A stretch of 36,062 nucleotides of DNA, taken from IMG/VR virus record IMGVR_UViG_3300031853_000142, positions 1 through 36,062 of that record; one strand, 5' to 3'. Below, one piece after another: positions 34,108-36,062 of the stretch (its first letter is position 1; the number at the start of each line of letters is the position of its first letter). The position numbers and the translations under genes were made by a program. The DNA is from a virus. A model generated the notes under the pieces. That model had not been told where the DNA came from, did no database searches, and was given only the letters and a program-made list of their open reading frames with translations.

Positions 34108-34817
34108 GGATAATTGTTGATACTCGTGAGCATGGCCCAAGGGGCTTAACATCTACAAGGAAGAGCCGAGCCCTGGAGTATTATTCTAGTAAGGGTTACG
34201 ATTGCGAAATACGGCAACTTGAATTCGGTGATTACCTATTCAATAACCAAGTAGTTTTTGAGTATAAACTAATCGATGACCTGATGAAGAGCATCACCAA
34301 CGGCCGTTTATTCGACGAGTGTGTTAACCAAACAGTAACTTACCCTTACAGTTACTTGATTGTTGAAGGAGATTTGCAGGATTATATCCTGGATAGTTGG
34401 GAGTCATATAATGTTCGCAAGCAGTACCTATTTGATTATCATAAATTCATAAAATCCACATATTCAAGGTATGAAGGAGCAATAAGGCGAGTGCAGACCA
34501 TCTGCCCAGTAATCTATGCAGCATCTGAGAGTGTGGCTTTCCAGGAGATGCTTTTACAGGCTCAGAAATGTTGTGAAAGCCGGTACTATGGTAGTGAGGT
34601 TAAGAATCTTGTTAAATCTGCTTCCGCGGTGGATAGTGTGTTGTGTAGTGTTAAGGGTGTGAGTGATAAGAAGGCAAAACTGATTAAGGAAACATTAAAC
34701 ATCAAAAATTTAAACGATTTAATCAATTGTTCTGTCAAGGATTTTAACAAGGTCAAATCAATAGGGGAAATCACTGCGAATAATCTATATGAGTTTATTC
34801 ATAAAAAGGAGGATTAG
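34104..34817 (+). CDS. ERCC4/XPF-family structure-specific nuclease with HhH2 (probable resolvase)
   Basis: IIVDTRE, GDY, FEYK..DD and LIVEGD motifs; two HhH motifs (SVKGVSDKKA, KVKSIGEITA). Confidence 0.88.
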   Translation: MRIIVDTREHGPRGLTSTRKSRALEYYSSKGYDCEIRQLEFGDYLFNNQVVFEYKLIDDLMKSITNGRLFDECVNQTVTYPYSYLIVEGDLQDYILDSWESYNVRKQYLFDYHKFIKSTYSRYEGAIRRVQTICPVIYAASESVAFQEMLLQAQKCCESRYYGSEVKNLVKSASAVDSVLCSVKGVSDKKAKLIKETLNIKNLNDLINCSVKDFNKVKSIGEITANNLYEFIHKKED

Positions 34818-34822
34818 ATATT

Positions 34823-35074
34823 TTGTTGAAATGTCCCAAGTGTAAAAAAATGATACATCAAAAATATGCTGCATGGACTAACACGGAACCAATGATAAGC
34901 CGAAGAGCCTATGACTGCCAAGCTTGCCGGACCCGTTTTATTGAAACTGTGGAAGTTGGATCATGCAGGGTGTTAGGGATTGTTGAGGAGAGGTTTGTTG
35001 ATAGGCAGAGTACATTAGATTTTTTTAATGGAGGATTGAGTAAAGATGTTGGAAGTAGTACAAGAAGAGGATAA
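34823..35074 (+). CDS. Zinc-ribbon protein (TTG start)
   Basis: CPKC...CQAC; AGGAGG upstream. Confidence 0.65.
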   Translation: MLKCPKCKKMIHQKYAAWTNTEPMISRRAYDCQACRTRFIETVEVGSCRVLGIVEERFVDRQSTLDFFNGGLSKDVGSSTRRG

Positions 35075-35258
35075 ATTGAAATGCAGTAAGGATTTGAATT
35101 TTATCAAGTTGAGTTTGAGTAATCTTAGGATTGGGCATAGTCAACTAATGCTAGACCTGCCACTTGATTACCATAGCGAAGACTTTGATACTGCTTTCAT
35201 GGAGTTGGTGGATGAGTTGGAGGATTTAATCAAAGATTACGAGGCACGGATACTATGA
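35046..35258 (+). CDS. Hypothetical protein
   Basis: GGAGG SD; ORF track. Confidence 0.65.
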   Translation: MLEVVQEEDKLKCSKDLNFIKLSLSNLRIGHSQLMLDLPLDYHSEDFDTAFMELVDELEDLIKDYEARIL

Positions 35259-35338
35259 GTGAAGCTGATTATTGCATTTTAGGAGAAGGATTTTGCCAAT
35301 GGTGTAGGTATTGTATAATCAAGTATAAGGAGGATTAG
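35255..35338 (+). CDS. Tiny Cys-rich peptide (27 aa, MSEADYCILGEGFCQWCRYCIIKYKED)
   Basis: ATGA coupling to the upstream stop; four Cys; not in the ORF track. Confidence 0.45.
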   Translation: MSEADYCILGEGFCQWCRYCIIKYKED

Positions 35339-35341
35339 AGA

Positions 35342-35482
35342 TTGACTGATGACCAATTATTCGGTGAAACCGACCTTGAAGAAAAAATTAAGGAACTGGA
35401 AGGGGAAGTGAAATCTTTGAATGCTTTCCTTGTACATAATGGCTTTGCAGAAGAGTATACCCGATGGAAAGGTGATGATTGA
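35342..35482 (+). CDS. Small hypothetical protein (46 aa, TTG start)
   Basis: AGGAGG SD upstream; stop overlaps the MTase ATG; not in the ORF track. Confidence 0.55.
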   Translation: MTDDQLFGETDLEEKIKELEGEVKSLNAFLVHNGFAEEYTRWKGDD

Positions 35483-36062
35483 TGAGTGAAAAAACAATCA
35501 AATACTTCTCGATGTTTAGCGGCATTGGAGGATTTGAATACGGAATAGAAAAAGCAAACACACAAACCGACTTTGAATGCGTCGGTTATTCAGAAATAGA
35601 TAAATACGCGGTGAGCATATATGAAAAACACTATCCAAACTACATTAACTATGGAGATGCAACAAAAATCAATACCGAAGACCTGCCAAACTTTAGCTTC
35701 CTCGTTGGAGGATTTCCTTGTCAAGCTTTCAGCATTGCTGGAAAACGAAAAGGATTTGACGAAGCAAGAGGAACACTATTTTTTGAGATTGCAAGGGTTC
35801 TCCGAGACAAAAAGCCCTCTTGTTTTTTACTCGAAAACGTTAAGGGCTTATTATCTCATGATAGGGGCCGAACTGTCCAAACCATTTTTAGGGTCTGCGA
35901 TGAACTCGGGTATGATGTATCATGGGCGGTTTATAATTCCAAAGACTATGGTGTGCCGCAGAATAGGGAGAGGATTTTTATTAAGGGATATTCTCGAACC
36001 AGTTGTGGAGGAGAAGTATTATCTGTCCCCAGAGTTGACAAGGCGGTTGATGAGCCAATGAG
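35482..36062 (+). CDS. DNA (cytosine-5)-methyltransferase, second copy, truncated by the window end
   Basis: MSEKTIKYFSMFSGIGG...GFPCQ...ENVKGL...PQNRERIF; GGTGAT SD; absent from the track because no stop is reached. Confidence 0.93.
   Translation, partial: MSEKTIKYFSMFSGIGGFEYGIEKANTQTDFECVGYSEIDKYAVSIYEKHYPNYINYGDATKINTEDLPNFSFLVGGFPCQAFSIAGKRKGFDEARGTLFFEIARVLRDKKPSCFLLENVKGLLSHDRGRTVQTIFRVCDELGYDVSWAVYNSKDYGVPQNRERIFIKGYSRTSCGGEVLSVPRVDKAVDEPM
35621..36061 (+). CDS. Overlapping +1-frame ORF (146 aa), beta-polypeptide-like, second copy
   Basis: GGTGAG SD at 35610-35615 before ATG 35621; same length as 291-731 despite 5' divergence. Confidence 0.72.
   Translation: MKNTIQTTLTMEMQQKSIPKTCQTLASSLEDFLVKLSALLENEKDLTKQEEHYFLRLQGFSETKSPLVFYSKTLRAYYLMIGAELSKPFLGSAMNSGMMYHGRFIIPKTMVCRRIGRGFLLRDILEPVVEEKYYLSPELTRRLMSQ
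35698..36062 (+). repeat. 365-bp exact direct repeat, copy 2 (runs to the window end)
   Basis: Identical to 368-732. Confidence 0.97.

Larger units (their letters stand above)
1..36062 (+). mobile_element. Near-complete temperate tailed archaeal virus/provirus (Caudoviricetes, siphovirus-like) of a pseudomurein-containing methanogen
   Basis: Complete packaging-head-tail-lysis-integrase-replication gene set in canonical order; no tail sheath; endolysin with pseudomurein-binding repeats; archaeal-type SD (GGTGA), TATA boxes and T-tracts; no host housekeeping genes visible. Confidence 0.93.

Overview
The window is a near-complete (~35.3 kb unit) temperate, siphovirus-like tailed archaeal virus or provirus. 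The host is inferred to be a pseudomurein-walled methanogen (Methanobacteriales, Methanobrevibacter-like) from pseudomurein-binding repeats in the endolysin, GGTGA/GGAGG Shine-Dalgarno sites, TATA-type promoters and oligo-T terminators. Almost all genes are on +, in this order: C5 DNA methyltransferase and small early genes; a ~600-bp structured non-coding region; terminase, portal, head; non-contractile tail with large Dit- and Tal-like proteins; lysis; two stand-alone accessory genes; tyrosine integrase; a divergent AbrB-like regulator; recombination/replication genes (SF3 helicase, iteron-rich putative origin, ERCC4 nuclease); then a second, end-truncated copy of the methyltransferase. Main findings: (1) Both methyltransferase copies are dual-coding. 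A 146-codon +1-frame ORF with its own Shine-Dalgarno site lies inside the catalytic core and resembles the alternative-frame beta polypeptide of M.EcoHK31I. (2) The two methyltransferase copies share an exact 365-bp block but have different 5' ends and upstream genes, so this is not a simple circular overlap. (3) A solitary 30-nt CRISPR-repeat-like unit and several RNA-like structures lie upstream of the packaging genes. (4) The tail-chaperone extension needs a +1 or -2 frameshift, not the canonical -1. All calls come from reading the sequence and recalling motifs; no database search was run.
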